Shown here: in pieces, positions 11,968-26,104 of the stretch | Layout: every line of letters begins with the position of its first letter | Position numbering within the stretch: position 1 is the first letter of the stretch | Assembly (NCBI GenBank): GCA_964016885.1 | Contig: OZ024745.1 | Coordinates: 52,266,001-52,330,000 of the forward strand | Length of the DNA: 64,000 nucleotides | Origin: Eledone cirrhosa | Taxonomy: Eukaryota | Direction of reading: 5' to 3' | The notes under the pieces: model-generated | The model's database searches: none | What the model saw: only the letters and a program-made list of their open reading frames with translations | Told to the model about the DNA's origin: nothing | Position numbers and translations under genes: made by a program

Positions 11968-13445
11968 TGGTAAATAGATAGAAGGCTATTGTCAAATTTC
12001 ATCAAAATTCGTTGGTCAACTCGAGTTTAGGTGAAAGTCATTTGCACAAGATTTAACGAAGTCGAATTACAACAGAAACTACATGGTTGCTTACTGAACT
12101 GCCTACGCACGCATCCATGATTGCACTACTTGTTTGTATGTGTGTTTGTGTCTGTATGTACGCGTGTATGTCTGTTTGTATGACTAAATATGTGTGTATA
12201 TGTGGGTGTGTGTGTGTAAACGTATTCGTATTCAAATACTAGGAAATTTGTTGTAACACATTATGTTGAGTATACAATTGTAGATATGCGTTGCTGGGTG
12301 ACGTAATCATTATTCCGTGTTGCATGCCCTACATGTACGTGTCTTGTTATCAGTTGTCCTGATTTCCGAATGATTAGGCACGTGATTTAGGGCCTATAAC
12401 ATCCTGTGTAGCAACAGTACATTTTTAACTGTTTATCTTTTTATCTTACTATGTACTCTTCTCTCTCTGTATTCATCTTCCTTTCAAATATCATTCCTCT
12501 TAAATAATTATATATGTGCGTGTGTGTTCACACAGTCAAATAACGTCTGCCCAGCAAGCAAACAAACACGATATTAAGGTATTTCATCTAACAAATAATG
12601 CTTTAAAAGAAACTTCCTGGTATAGCTAAATCTCACAAAATATATTCACTTGAATTAGATTGGTATAAATTTCTAGAGGAATATACTAGGGGAAATAAAA
12701 AGGGACAACATGAATAAAATACAAACGGATTAGAAAACATTGAAACCGTTCGACTGAGATATTGACAGCAAGACAGAGGTAAACGATACCAGAATTAGCT
12801 TTACTTCATTGTAGGGGCAAAATTGCTTCGACCATCAAAGAGTAGCTGATGAAAGTAATCTCACATTCTGTGCATGGTTTAATTCGTTTTTGCTTTCTTT
12901 TAAGTCAATGTTTTTATTCTCTTGACCTCAACTACAATTTATTATACATGTTAAGTTACACACACGCCATACTCTGTCATACTTCTATTCTTTCACTGGC
13001 CCTATATAAATGATTCCCTCACTAACAAAGGATCACTTTCTTTCATCCTGTCCACTCTGCAGAACCCTCCCCATTCTTTTTCTGGGATATGCTTCTTGGC
13101 GAATTATTTATCTTTCCATTCTAGTATTCACTTTAAAATTACGATTTATATCTTCCCCTTCCTTACGTTTGTGATGATACAGTAGGTTTGTTTATTTATA
13201 ATTTACTTGTTGCTGTTATTGAGAATCGAAGAAAGTAAATATGATAGTCACATTCGAAAGATTACTATATTAATTGCAACTCTGGCTGTATAACAATTGA
13301 TCCGTTGATATAATACATAGATTCCTATTAGCTATTGGAACTACTAGACTTAGTGAACAGAAGTCGAAGGTTCTTCCTATATTTAAGTCAGTTTTAATTC
13401 GCTGTCTTCGTTCCCTCTGTTAATTTTCTTTCTCTCTCCCTCTAC

Positions 13446-13523
<78 letters not shown>

Positions 13524-13840
13524 ATGTGTGTGTGTGTGAGAGTGTGTGTGTGTGTATATATATGGGGGAAAAGTAAAAGAGTAAAAGAGTATACATAGAG
13601 AAAACGAGATGAATCATTCTTCACGTAGATGCTATCTTTTGTATGTTTTGAATAGACCTGAATAAAACTCATTTGTTAACAGTGTCGAAATAATATGCAC
13701 GTTATGAAATGATTAAAAATGTAAATTCTAAGAGGTGAAAAAAAACGATAATCTGTAGAGATAAGTGGACCACGATGTAGCCCGGCGATGTGATACAAAA
13801 AACAGGCGAAATTTCTACACATTCTATTTTAAATATTTCA

Positions 13841-13929
13841 AAATAATTGTTTCTACTTTAGGCACAAGGCCAGCAATTACCCAGTACATTACTGGTACTT
13901 TATTTTATCGACCCCGTAAGGATGAAAGG
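13841..13929 (-). mobile_element. 5'-truncated SINE (family A)
   Basis: Reverse complement of the 3' half of 271-460. Confidence 0.8.
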
Positions 13930-15588
13930 AAGATGAAATGTATAACCTAGCTTCTGAAATACAATACATTAGATGTCTAAAGCTGGAACGCTTTTAATTT
14001 TTGAGCTGCATAGTCAGGAGCGCTTTGGGCCTCAAAAAAAAAAAAAAGAGAACAATATTGATTGTTTATAAGTGAAGAAATGGGCACTAAATCTCACTAA
14101 ATAGATTACACGACAGACACTGCTATTAGTTATATTGTCAAATTCAGGATCTTATAATTTGCCTTCTCTTTCCGCATGCTCGGATATTAATGAAGCAATT
14201 ACATTTTGGTTTTCAGCCAAATTATATATTATAAAATCAATCTCTGCTATTATGGTCTATCTTATGGTATACGAAAACTGAAATCGTGTATCAAAATAGT
14301 ATATAGCAATTATATAAATATATATATAAGACGTATTTTGTGCAAACACGTATTCCAGTACTTACGTAATGATGAAGCAAGGGCTTATTATGATGATTAA
14401 TGTATTAGTGACTCTTTGGTGAAGTTGTTTATGCATTATGATAAACGCGAACATTTCACTGGTTTATGGAATCTGTTTTGTTCGAATACATCTACGAAAC
14501 TTTAATCGCTTAGAAACTACAAATAGTATACATTATCGCAATATTGCTGTATGGTATTCAATATTTCATGTAAAAATATCATATCAACATTTAATGAAAG
14601 CGATTGGCCATCGGAATCATTGTTTGCATATTTACATCTAATACAACTCGTTTCACATAAAGTCGTGTTACGACATGTCCTTACAAATGTCTAATACGTC
14701 GAAGAATATGTTTAGCTTGTATTTTATATATTTCAAATAACTTCCTACATCAATATGTTTAAGCTTGCAAATAAATTGAAAAAGTATTTACCGTACATTA
14801 AAGCATTTTGATTAAAATGATTAATCGAGTTCGGTACAAACAATTATTAATTGGTGTTTGATAGACATTTGGCAAATATAAACGTAGATAACACGCATTA
14901 ATGTCAATGATGTCATTTTCCTCAATTATTCATTAGACAGAAATAATGCTGCTAACAGATGATTAATTCCATGAAACGGGTCACCAGTTGATACATTTCT
15001 TTTAATGAAATCCAAATGGAAAATTAATATAGCTCTTGCCTATATAATTTACACCAAAGAAGCGTGTAACAAATCTGACTGACCTACAATGAAAAGAAAA
15101 TATCGGATATTGATCTTGAAATCTACATTTATTTCATTAACTGCAATGTTAGAAAAATGAATCAATAGAATATCATAATTCGTTTCTTTCCATTCATTAG
15201 ATGTCCTTTCCTTTAATTGATATAATATAATGTCTGTTATTCAGAATTATTGCGGGGAAGTGATGGAACTATTTCATCACGCATTAAAATAAAATAAAGA
15301 TATATATTAAATAATTAAGAAAAATATATTAGCGCTCAATTTTAAGTAAAATTTTAAACTCGTAAAACTGATATTTTTGCACGATACCTTTCAACATATT
15401 TAATGCAAGTGCCACGGTATTTAATATAGATTAGAGGAACTAGAAACATGTAATTTATGATTTAGGGCTCAGATTAGAGGCATATATATATTTATTTACC
15501 CTCTTTTCCAAATATCCATCTCATCATGCATCATGTAATATCATGGTGTGTGGTATTTCCGATGTTCACACCACAGATGGTCCATGTA

Positions 15589-15638
<50 letters not shown>

Positions 15639-15649
15639 GAAGAAGAAGA

Positions 15650-16995
15650 AGAATGCTTTCTTTATTAACCACAAGGGTTTACATAAAGTAGACATTAAGG
15701 ACAGTACAGGACAATAAAGGACGGTACAAATGGGCATTTCTGCGTGTAAAAAAAAAACAGAGGATGTAATAAAAATAACAATGAAAAATTCCCCAATAAG
15801 GGGGAGACTTCCGAGGGACATTTGTGGAGAAAGCCCATTAAAAGGCCACAGTGATCCTGACCACCAGGGCAAGTGCCCTCTCCCAGTTTTCCAACTTTAA
15901 TTTACAGACACATACTCAGAGTAGGCCCATTCACAAGGGCCATACTTGCTTCTCCCTCCTAACTTTCAACAAAATGCTGGCAAGAGAGCACTTCCCTCTC
16001 TACCCTGATTTTCCTTTTCAAATAAAATTTTAAAAAGTTAATCAGGGCATCAGCCAAGAAGTAAGTGCTCGTCTTCAGCCCTTTCAAACGTGTCCACCAT
16101 ACTATCTCTTTCGCCATGGCCACCAGACAGATAAAAACTGCCTGCCCTTCCCGGCTAAAGGAAGAGGGCGGGGCAATCCTCACGATGGACTCAGCTGATA
16201 GCTGGATCCGTCCTACACGTGACAGCAGGTGTTCGACATCAACCCACAAGTCAGGAATGCTCGGACACTGGACGAGTGCGAATAGGACGGTTTCGTCGCC
16301 CTGCGCGCATCTCGGACATGCCCGGCTGACGGCACCTCCATGCCTGTAGAGTTTATCCCGAACTGGCAAAGCTCCTCGGTAGCACTGCCAGGCCAGGGAT
16401 TTCTGAAAGTTGTCCATAGGCCCAGGCCCGAAAGTCTTTCCGAAGAGATTGGCTAGTTGATTTTCGTCGAAGCCTAGAGTTTCTCCAAGTACGTCGTCGC
16501 TCTTCCCCTCCCCTAATCCTCTATAGAAAGCCAAGGTGGAGTTTCCACAGATCACATTGCCCGATTAGTCGAGGGCTGTGAGCGCCTGAAGACATTCCAG
16601 TCTCCAAGCGCTCCCTCTCGGTCTTCGTTTGACCCAGGATGCAGCTCCGTCAAGGAGACGAGCTGGGGAAAGACGTGTCGAGCAAACGGCGAACACACCT
16701 GATCACCGTCGCGGAAGAGGTGGAGATGTCGTAGCCTGAGCGCGTGTCTGCGCATCATCAGCCACGGCATGCCCAGCCCTCCACGTAGCGGGTGTTGACA
16801 GCAGATGGACCGCATGACCATCGGAGCGCGTCCCTTCCACAAAAAGCGAAAGAGCAAACGCTCCAGCGCAGTCAGGCTGGGCTTGGAACAAGGTACGACG
16901 GTCAGGCGGTAGTAGATGACGGATGCGATGAACGTGTTAGCCACCTCCGCTTGACCTTTCAGGGATAGCTTCCTCTCCGCCCATATCTGAGAATT
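15650..16995 (-). mobile_element. 5'-truncated Tx1/L1-clade LINE (RT C-terminus and Zn-binding region)
   Basis: RKLSLKGQAEVANTFIASVIYYRL..LERLLFRFLWKG..RGGLGMP (16552-16944) and CPRCAQGDETVLFALVQC (15959-16555); frameshifted; AATAAA followed by a (TTC)n(TTA)n tail at 15597-15666. Confidence 0.85.
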
Positions 16996-17169
16996 CTCCC
17001 GTTCTGTTGCCAGTTGCAGTAGACGTCCGCCAAGAGGCCTCCGAACAAGTCTGGCATTTGTACGTAAAGTTCATAGGGCAGACCATCCAAACCATGCTAT
17101 TTACCCCTTGTGCAGCTAGCCATTGCCTCCCGTACTTCAGCGGTTGTTATTGGCTTTTCGCAACACTCC

Positions 17170-17475
17170 GCAAACAGGCCTTATTTTTAACGCCATATCC
17201 ATAGACTGAGCCCCTCATCCTTGTTCTTGTGTTGGCAAGGAAACAGAACTGCAGACACTAATGATTCTGGGTATCACCCGTCATATGCAAATCAGGCCAA
17301 TCAGTCACTGTATATTTTCACTAGCTCAGACAGTTAGCAGGTGAACAGTGAGCTGTACTGATGAAGAGTGATTCACAGAAACATTAGTGTCTGCAGTTCT
17401 GTTTCCATGCCAACACAAGAGTAAGAATTAGGGGCTCATTCTACTGACATGGCGTTAAAAATGAGGCTTGTTTGC
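17170..17475 (+). mobile_element. short foldback PLE pLTR remnant
   Basis: 17170-17284 is the reverse complement of 17361-17475; related copy at 19217-19410. Confidence 0.75.
17352..17397 (+). ncRNA. type I hammerhead ribozyme
   Basis: GCTGTA-CTGATGA-short stem II GTGA/TCAC-GAAA-CATTAGTG-TC-TGCAGT. Confidence 0.78.
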
Positions 17476-17940
17476 ATAATTGCAAACGAATCGAATAGTA
17501 TTATTAATATTCGAAGGAGAAGGAAAGGGCATCTGCACCGTGAAAGTCTTTACTATAATAAATAAAAAAGAAACACATAGACTCTCAGTTTCAGATAATA
17601 ATTAGATTATCGTAATTGTGGTTCTCTTCGGTTCAAACTCGAACATAAATAATCAGATATATTTATACATATCTGACCGTCATCATACTTTTATATGACA
17701 ACTTGTTACTATATAATTGATTAAATCCCTTTAAGTGGCTGCCCTCTCCCTGGTGGCAGTCTAATGTTTGAAAGACACACACGGACAGACAGACACACAT
17801 ACACACACGCACACACATACACACACACACACACAAACAAATACACACACACACATATATATATATACATTCATATATATATATAAAGAGAGAGAGAGAG
17901 CTAGAGAGAGAGAGATGAAGATGGAGAGAGAAAGAGAGAG

Positions 17941-18028
<88 letters not shown>

Positions 18029-18435
18029 ATAATGCAAGAGAGATAAGGTTGCAAGATCAAGATGGGTTGGAAATTGGACGGGTAAGAAAAACATTAGATG
18101 TGAGTGAACCACTTAGAAAATGTTTCGGCGAAGTTAAATAAAGTGTTTGGTTGCGTGAATTGTATTAATGTTAATTTCGTCTATAAAAGTTATTTGATTC
18201 TATCTGGCAATATAGAACAGAAAAAATTGTATGTGTGCTGTGTATTAATTTACGCCAACAGAGGGAGTAATTTTGTTAGATACCTCAAGTTTTCATAAAT
18301 AAGTGTGTAAATAAGTCTCGATATTGTCTTTCCTTTTTATATCACATTGTGAGGAGCATACTAATCATAAGCATATACTTGTAATGTAAGTGCTCATACA
18401 CTATGTGTTTTACCAGATAGTAACTGGAGAATAAA

Positions 18436-18588
18436 ATAATTGTTTCTACTTTTGGCATAAGGCCAGCAATTACCAATGTATTACTGGTACTTTATTTTCT
18501 CGACCCCGTAAGTCAAAGTCAACCTTTGATTTGAGCTCACATCGTTAAGGGACGTAACTATGCAGGAAAGAATGGCGTCCGACGCTCT
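18436..18588 (-). mobile_element. SINE (family A), diverged
   Basis: Reverse complement match with internal deletions. Confidence 0.75.
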
Positions 18589-18593
18589 ATAAA

Positions 18594-18785
18594 ATAATTG
18601 TTTCTACTATTGGCACAAGGCCAGTAATTACCCAGTACATTACTGGTACTTTATTTTATCGACCCCGTAAGGATGAAAGGCAAAGTTAACTTCGGGGGGA
18701 TTTGAACTCAGAATGGAAAGGGCCGTAACTCTATGCGTCAAAGAATGGCGTCCGGCCCTCTACCGATACTACCAATCCACCGTTC
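18594..18785 (-). mobile_element. SINE (family A), full length
   Basis: Reverse complement match; direct repeat CTCTATAAAATAAT at 18585 and 18786 (likely target-site duplication). Confidence 0.85.
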
Positions 18786-19184
18786 CTCTATAAAATAATG
18801 TTATAAAAGAAGAGTAGCCTTAACCTACTCACAGCCTCATTTGGCTTTACATTGATTAATCTGTTGGGTACATAGAACTATCTCAGCCGTAGAAGGTGAG
18901 GCATTCCAAAATTGAACATCGTGTTCATTTCCATGTATGGGAAATAAACTGATTGTGTCCCCTCCTTGTATATAATTATATAATAGTACGCTGTTGAAGG
19001 AAATTCAGTGGCTACATATAGCAATTCAATTCATGTTCGTTTGTAACCACCCTGATCGGATTATCTCAATATTTATTGAACACATTTTGCACAGAAAGTT
19101 TGTATTTTATAAATAAATATATGTGCATGTGTATAAGGCATTGGAGCATTGGTTTTATTTAAATTTGTTTCCAGTATACCAAAC

Positions 19185-19220
<36 letters not shown>

Positions 19221-19345
19221 GCTAATATGCAGTTCTAACTGACCAGCTAGTCTGCCAATATGCAAATCAAGCCGATCAGTCACTGTATAATTGAGAAAAT
19301 ATCATATATTTTCACTAGCTCTGACAGTCAGCGGGTCAACAGTGA

Positions 19346-19391
19346 ACTGTAATGATGAAGGGTAATACCAAGAAACATTAGTGTCTGCAGT
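19346..19391 (+). ncRNA. degenerate hammerhead ribozyme (same family as 17352)
   Basis: ACTGTA-ATGATGA-GGTA/TACC-GAAA-CATTAGTG-TC-TGCAGT; core C3 changed to A; lies in pLTR piece 19217-19410 after (TA)n. Confidence 0.65.
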
Positions 19392-19495
19392 TCTGTTTGC
19401 ATGCCAACACAGGATCGAGAAGATCCTATTAAGGGTGAAAGCAGCGATTCTTTGCTTAAACTTGAATCTGTTATTTTGATAAATATATGTTCTGC

Positions 19496-19545
<50 letters not shown>

Positions 19546-19599
19546 AGGAGAGAGAGAGTAGAGAATACAGATTTGTAGGCTGGAACCGATGTCTATTAA

Positions 19600-19699
<100 letters not shown>

Positions 19700-20237
19700 A
19701 AATGAATTGTCCTCAACCTAATTAATGTATATAGCACGGCCATCACGAACTCTTTTGAAACAGAAATAGAATATGTATTTAAAAATGGGACACAATACAT
19801 GCTTAGTTATAAGTTGATATACATAATTTAAAGATTACGTAAATATTTGTGACCCAACCTGAATGTTCGACTGTTATACGTTTCTATTTCAATTATTCTC
19901 TCAAATCATCTCTAGAGGCAAATGACGCCATGACAATTCCATCTATTTTAATCAGAGGGATGTGTATTGTAAAAGTATTTTACCTGCATAATGTTTTCCT
20001 TGATAGGAGATGATAGATGAAAAATAATTTCTCTTTTTGACTTTTTTGTTGACGTGAATGTGTCCTTTGGGTCATTTTTCATAGTTAATGGAGCATAACT
20101 TTCTCCTTCATTTTTGTTGACAATTCATGTTCAGTTACTTAATCCAGAATGTTATATCCATTTTGATTTGTCCATTCATATTTCTGTGATATTTTGTAAT
20201 CTAATTATACAATTGGTGCCATTGTGTCTCTTTCAAT

Positions 20238-20375
20238 TATAATTGTTTCTACGTTTGGCACAAGGCCAGAAATTACCCAGAGCATTACTCGTACTTTATT
20301 TTATCGACCCCGTAAGGATGAAAGGCAAAGTTAACCTCGGCAGGATTTGAACTCAGAATGACAAGGGCCGTAACT
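20238..20375 (-). mobile_element. SINE (family A), 5'-truncated
   Basis: Reverse complement match including the B box. Confidence 0.8.
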
Positions 20376-20639
20376 CATTATAATGAGATTATTTTTGCAA
20401 ATTGTAAATATTCTCCTGCATCGTTTTTGGAACCTATATAGAAACAACTGTTACCCAAGGATTGACGTCATAGATTAAACTTTCGTGTGAAGGAATATTA
20501 TTAGAAAGCATTTATTAATGATGTCCAAGTAAGCATCGCATATTCTTTAAAAGTCACGAACACTGAAACAAAAAATTGAGAAATAAAGAAAAAAACGCAG
20601 CTCTCAAACAATAAAATACATAAATGATATTTATGAGCA

Positions 20640-21100
20640 CAGAAAACTAATGCATATCAAGCAGATACTGAGAGCATGTTAGTAAAGCCTCAGAACAACA
20701 AAAACACAAATCATTTAGAACGGAATTAACGAAATCGCAATGCAGAAAGTTTATACAGAGGAAGATTGTCTATTGCTAAATTGAATCATCATCAATTTTC
20801 GGTCATTCTTCTTCACTAATTTCACAGCAATAGATAACTAGTTGTGAATGAAGCTCTAATATAACAATACATACAAGTTCACAGGTAAATATCATGAAAA
20901 AGCATAAACACCTTTGCAAGCAAATAAGAAAAAAGAAAGACAGAAAAACGGCTTGATTGAACAGCAATCCAATCATTTCCTTGAAATGTGGACCCCTCAC
21001 AGAACATGTGTTGGATGTGTGCAACTAGATATTATATGGGAACCAAACAATCATATAGTGAGATGAAAGTTTGAAGTCGCCGACCGACGACGCCCAGTCC
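20640..21100 (+). mobile_element. highly degraded LINE fragment (RTE-like, pre-RT region)
   Basis: Fragments such as KCGPLTEHVLDVCN; many stops and frameshifts. Confidence 0.3.
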
Positions 21101-24100
21101 AGTGTTAAAAATATACCATCAAATGTCACCTCAATGAAATTATTGCCCTGATTGTACATGGGAGTAGACAGCGATTCACAGATGAGAGCTATAAAGAACC
21201 AGAACAAAACTATTATATTGGCACTGCCAAGTCTATCCTGCAATATCTGCAGGAATTGTTATGACTGCTTTTTTGTTTAGCTTACCATCTTATGGGAGAG
21301 CGAAGAATCGTTGACAGAACTTCTATAGAAGTAATAATTTGACAAAAGATCTAACAAAATGTATGTTAAAGTTTGAATATATATAAGTGTCATGCATCGC
21401 CTACATACTATCTCTTACCAAATGAAAGGTTTATGCGTGAATCAGATAGAATGATCGCTTAAATCCATTGTCTGTGCATTCACTTTCTTGCACAAAATTA
21501 ATATTTCTATTGTTTCAATTATTTACCATGATCCTGTTTTATTTCATTTCATTTTTAAGTAATTCGTAATTCATATAACATTGATAATAAATATAATATT
21601 GTAGAGGCTGCTATTACATATATTAGGTAATTATTTAATGTATTATGTATTCGATCGAGGATATGTATTCAAGAAAAAAACAACATCCCAACTTTAGATG
21701 AAGACAAACGTTTGTTAACATTTCGGAGCACAACACTGCATTGCAAAATTCCTCTGGTAAGTTTTATTTAAAGTCATGAAAGAAAACCATCGCCGTAGCC
21801 ACTCGAATACAACCAGGCTTCAAAGAGTTCAGTGTTTGTATTCTAGAATGCGTTTGAACATCTCATGTCAGACGATGCCTTCATATCCACTTCGCGGTTA
21901 TTGACTTGCTTCAATGTATAGAAATAATAACTATCTACCTTTATATTTTCTACTGTTAAATCTGCTTAAGTCTAGATGTTAAGATAGGAGAATTGTTTTT
22001 CAATTTTGTACTTAGCTTCTACAAATCACTATTTGCACGAGGAGAAATAGTTAAGAAATACATGTATATGAAAAATGGAACGAAATCAGCCGAGGTGTAT
22101 ATTCGCGTCATCCTCTTCCCGAACGACACTTGACATTTCTTGTCAAGTACACCCTAAGGGCCATGGCATTTGTGTGATGTTCCTTTCGTATATTATTTAC
22201 AAAATATTACATTGTCGGCTAGATATATACAAGTTCACTACACTTGCCTGGAAAGTCATAGCGAAAAGAGCCAGAACAAAAAAAAACCCATCATTCTCTA
22301 ACTCAAATAATTCAGATAAAACAACTTCACGGAGTTGTTTTATTTCCTAGGTCTCGAATAACGACAAACATAGATGGCATTGCCGGGATGTGAAAACAGA
22401 ACATAAAGAGTTGATACGTGTCCCTCAAGGCAGTTTGTCCGACGTTAGAATTAATTCTGCTTAATTCTGCCACTCACTGTCTATTCTGATTTACATTTTC
22501 AGTATAAGCAGCACAAATTTACTTTCTTGTAACACCTGATTACATACAAATTATTCTTGAAAAAGAAACGTCGTTATGCATGCACACAAAGTCACAGAAC
22601 ACACGAGCACATAGGAACAATAGTACATGAACACACTAACACACTCCCATAAACTTACGCAACTGTTAATGTTATTCATCAAGTTTTACAATAACATCCT
22701 GAATGTTAATTTGATTTTCAATTCGCGAAGCTTTGAGGAATAATAATCTCTTACTTAAGCATAAAACCACAAAGGGATTCAGCATTTAGGCGTCTAAACC
22801 TTTCTTGGATACATTAGCTATGAGATAAATTGGATTCAACAAGCAATCAATCTGTTGTATGGCTATGGTGTGCACACATGTGGCAGTATTGGAGATTATT
22901 TATTGATAAACGATAAATATCGTAGATTCACCCTTTAAATGTGGCAATTTCGAGGACAATTTCCGTTATTAATATCTATGTAACCTATAAAAATTTAAAT
23001 GTTGAATTAGAATCGTGGTTTTATGATATTAATTACTTGGTGTTAATTGCAATAAATAATGTTAAATTCCAACCAAACTGGCACATTTATTTTCATGAGA
23101 ATGTTCGTATGTGTTATGGTTGTGGTTGTTATATAGTTCCAGATCGTCTCTGATCGAAGTGTCCTACCATTTGAATTTTCTGCTTCGGAAATAGTTTAAA
23201 ACATAATTTGGAAATCCTGTGTAAGTATGGCAAGACGATCATTAATATGCTATTAAAGTTGGGGGATGGGAACTATAGATACATTCGGTTTGCCACGCAA
23301 TATGGCATTCTTATATCACCAGCGACAATATCGTTTTCACTAGCCCCCCACCCCCACCTTCAGCAGAAGAAGTTGGTTCAATTTGATTCTCAACATTCAC
23401 TTACGTTCACCCTTGCACTAGAATACTCACCTACTTAAAGGAATTTAAGATTATTCCCGTCTGAGCTAAGTCTCCTCTTCCAATATTCACCTTAACATTC
23501 TTTGTCCGTCCAAAACCATGGATTTATAATCAATAATCCCTACTAACATACTCTTTATGTCATTAAACAACGCTTCTTTTCCTTAAGACTACTATACATC
23601 GACTTGCATTACACTCTCCAACTGAAGACTACTAGTATTGTTTCCGCAAATGATTCTTATGTTTATTGTCATAATCCAAATCACTTCTCACATTAAGTTC
23701 ACTCTAATATTAAACCATTAAGTGCAATCTCTTTCTTAATTAACTTTCTACTTTCATCACACGCATTCATTCTATCGGTTCTGTCATGCTTTTACACCCT
23801 TTGCCTAATACTCATGGTAATTTTGTTATCTTTTCCGGTTTTTTTTAGAGGAGACAATGACGTGGAAATTGTATCCTATCGTATCGAAATATCTAAGCTT
23901 AAATAATTAGTATTGAGGCCATGATGAATGAAGCAAATAGCTAAGGAAATGAGCGTTTGAACGAAAATAAGAATGCTTCTGCTCTGATGACGAATTAAAA
24001 AGCGCTCCATGGTGTTCCAATGTTATAGTACACCGAATAGAATGTGTAATGCTTCAATACACTTTCCTATGTAAACGCAAGTGGTGCATTGTTGGAAGGC

Positions 24101-24177
24101 CGTTGAAATTATCTACAAAATGTCCCTCAATATTGTAACACATTTAGACAAAGCCAACACCGACGACAAGCGTATTA

Positions 24178-24355
24178 TAATTGTTTCTATGTTAGGCACA
24201 AGGTCAGCAATAAACCAGTGCATTACTGGTACTTTATTTGATCGATCCCGTAAGGTTGAAAGGCAAAGTCAACCTCGGCAGGATTTGAACTCAGATCGTA
24301 AAGGGACGTAACTATGCTAGAAAGCATGGCGTCCGACCCTCTACCGATACTGCCT
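24178..24355 (-). mobile_element. SINE (family A) with 14-bp TSD
   Basis: Reverse complement match; AAGCGTATTATAAT at 24168-24181 and 24361-24374. Confidence 0.88.
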
Positions 24356-24409
24356 AATATAAGCGTATTATAATGATTTTTAATATGCCGTCATATATAT
24401 ATATATATA

Positions 24410-24510
24410 CGAAGCATATTCGAAGTTCGATCAGCAGCCAAGTCAACGAATGCCTTCAGCAGTGGAGCCAAGCACTCGACAAGGAATACACATCAGAGTA
24501 ATAACATACA
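24410..24510 (-). mobile_element. possible PLE 3'-terminal remnant
   Basis: Minus strand ATTACTC..GTCGAGTGCT motif shared with other PLE ends, upstream of (TA)n at 24393-24409. Confidence 0.35.
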
Positions 24511-25489
24511 GTTTAAAGGCCTTTGCAAATTGAAAATAGCGACCGCTAATTTAGCCGCGTAACAACGAAAGAACTGACTAATGAGAAAAGCCAGCCCCTC
24601 TCTCTCTCTCTCTCTCTTTCAGTAACCCATTCGATAAGGGAACACATATCTATGGAATACTTGTTTGTTAAAACATTGGTTCCTTGGTTCAATGTGACAT
24701 TTTCTACCTCGTTCCTTCGTCCGATTGACATGATCTATCACACTTGGTAAGTGAATGAAACCTAGGATTTTACCAATCAATTAAAGAAGTTAATTTAACC
24801 AGAAGACAGTGGTTCCATTGACTGAACAACTAGAACTATTATCAGCTAAACTAAACCAATGGCAGACCATTTATCTGATGTAAGACATCAGCCAACCAAC
24901 CCGCTATTCCAGCTGCCAAATGTTATAGTTTCTAGAGTCATGCCTGAAGTCACAAGAACATCAAGATTTAAGAGAGGTGATTCTTAGTGATGTGATGTGA
25001 TAATATCTAAAGTAATCAGTTGGTTGGGTTCTTTGTGTCAGCTTTATATATTATACATACAAGTCCACTTCTTCGGAGGATGATCAGCTTCACAGCTATT
25101 ATAATAACATACTAACACCTCTACTGTCTACTTGGGGGGGGGGGGTCATATTCTTGTAATAACATTGCCAGAATTAATAACAGAACACACTCACTGTTCG
25201 GTTGGTTTTCGCTTCTGTATCTTTTATATCAGTTAATTTATTCGGTCCTCAATGTGTACCATTGACTGACCAACGGTCAAAAATACAGATACACTATAGA
25301 CACAACCACAAATATATAGTCTAACAAAGTTCTTTCGTTGCACATCTGCAACATCGTCAGTGGTGCTATTATGTTTCCTCCTGCTGTATTTTATGTCTAC
25401 CCCATCATTATTTAATCTCCCCAAGTATAACAATATTTGTTTCATATAAAAAATCTCGCAAAACAAATATATATATATATATATATATA

Positions 25490-25990
25490 TAGAAAGGATG
25501 AATATAAAATGAAAGTGCTTTTGTTAAAAAAGGAATCTATTAGGTATTGACATATGTTTCTGTAACAGACCGAATACCTATGTATCGCTGCTTGCGTAAT
25601 CATATAATGTTAGCAAGTATTCGATAGCAAATGTATAATCAGTTGTCACTTCTTCAGAGATTTGGATAAACTGGATTAAATACTTCAATTTTTCTGATTT
25701 TATCCAGTTTATCCAAAATCTCTGAAGAAGTGACAACTGATTATACATTTGCTATCGAATACTTGCTAACATTATATGATTACGCATGCAGCGATACATA
25801 GGTATTCGGTCTGTTACAGAAACATATGTCAATACCTAATAGATTCCTTTTTTAACAAAAGCACTTTCATTTTATATTCATCCTTTCTACATTTCTCCGG
25901 AATATAATTTATACTCGTTGAGCAAACCTGCACGTACGCTGTTCATCTCTAACGTAACGATATATTATCACTACATTATTGATAACCTGA

Positions 25991-25996
<6 letters not shown>
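25490..25996 (+). mobile_element. foldback element in (TA)n (PLE pLTR-like) with an atypical HHR-like motif
   Basis: 25490-25680 and 25698-25889 are near-perfect inverted arms with a 17-bp spacer; CTGAAGA (25722)..GAAA-CATATG-TC (25819-25830). Confidence 0.75.
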
Positions 25997-26049
<53 letters not shown>

Positions 26050-26104
26050 ATATTAACAAATGGAAACTATATTTATAAAACCATATCTATTTTATTATAC
26101 ATAT

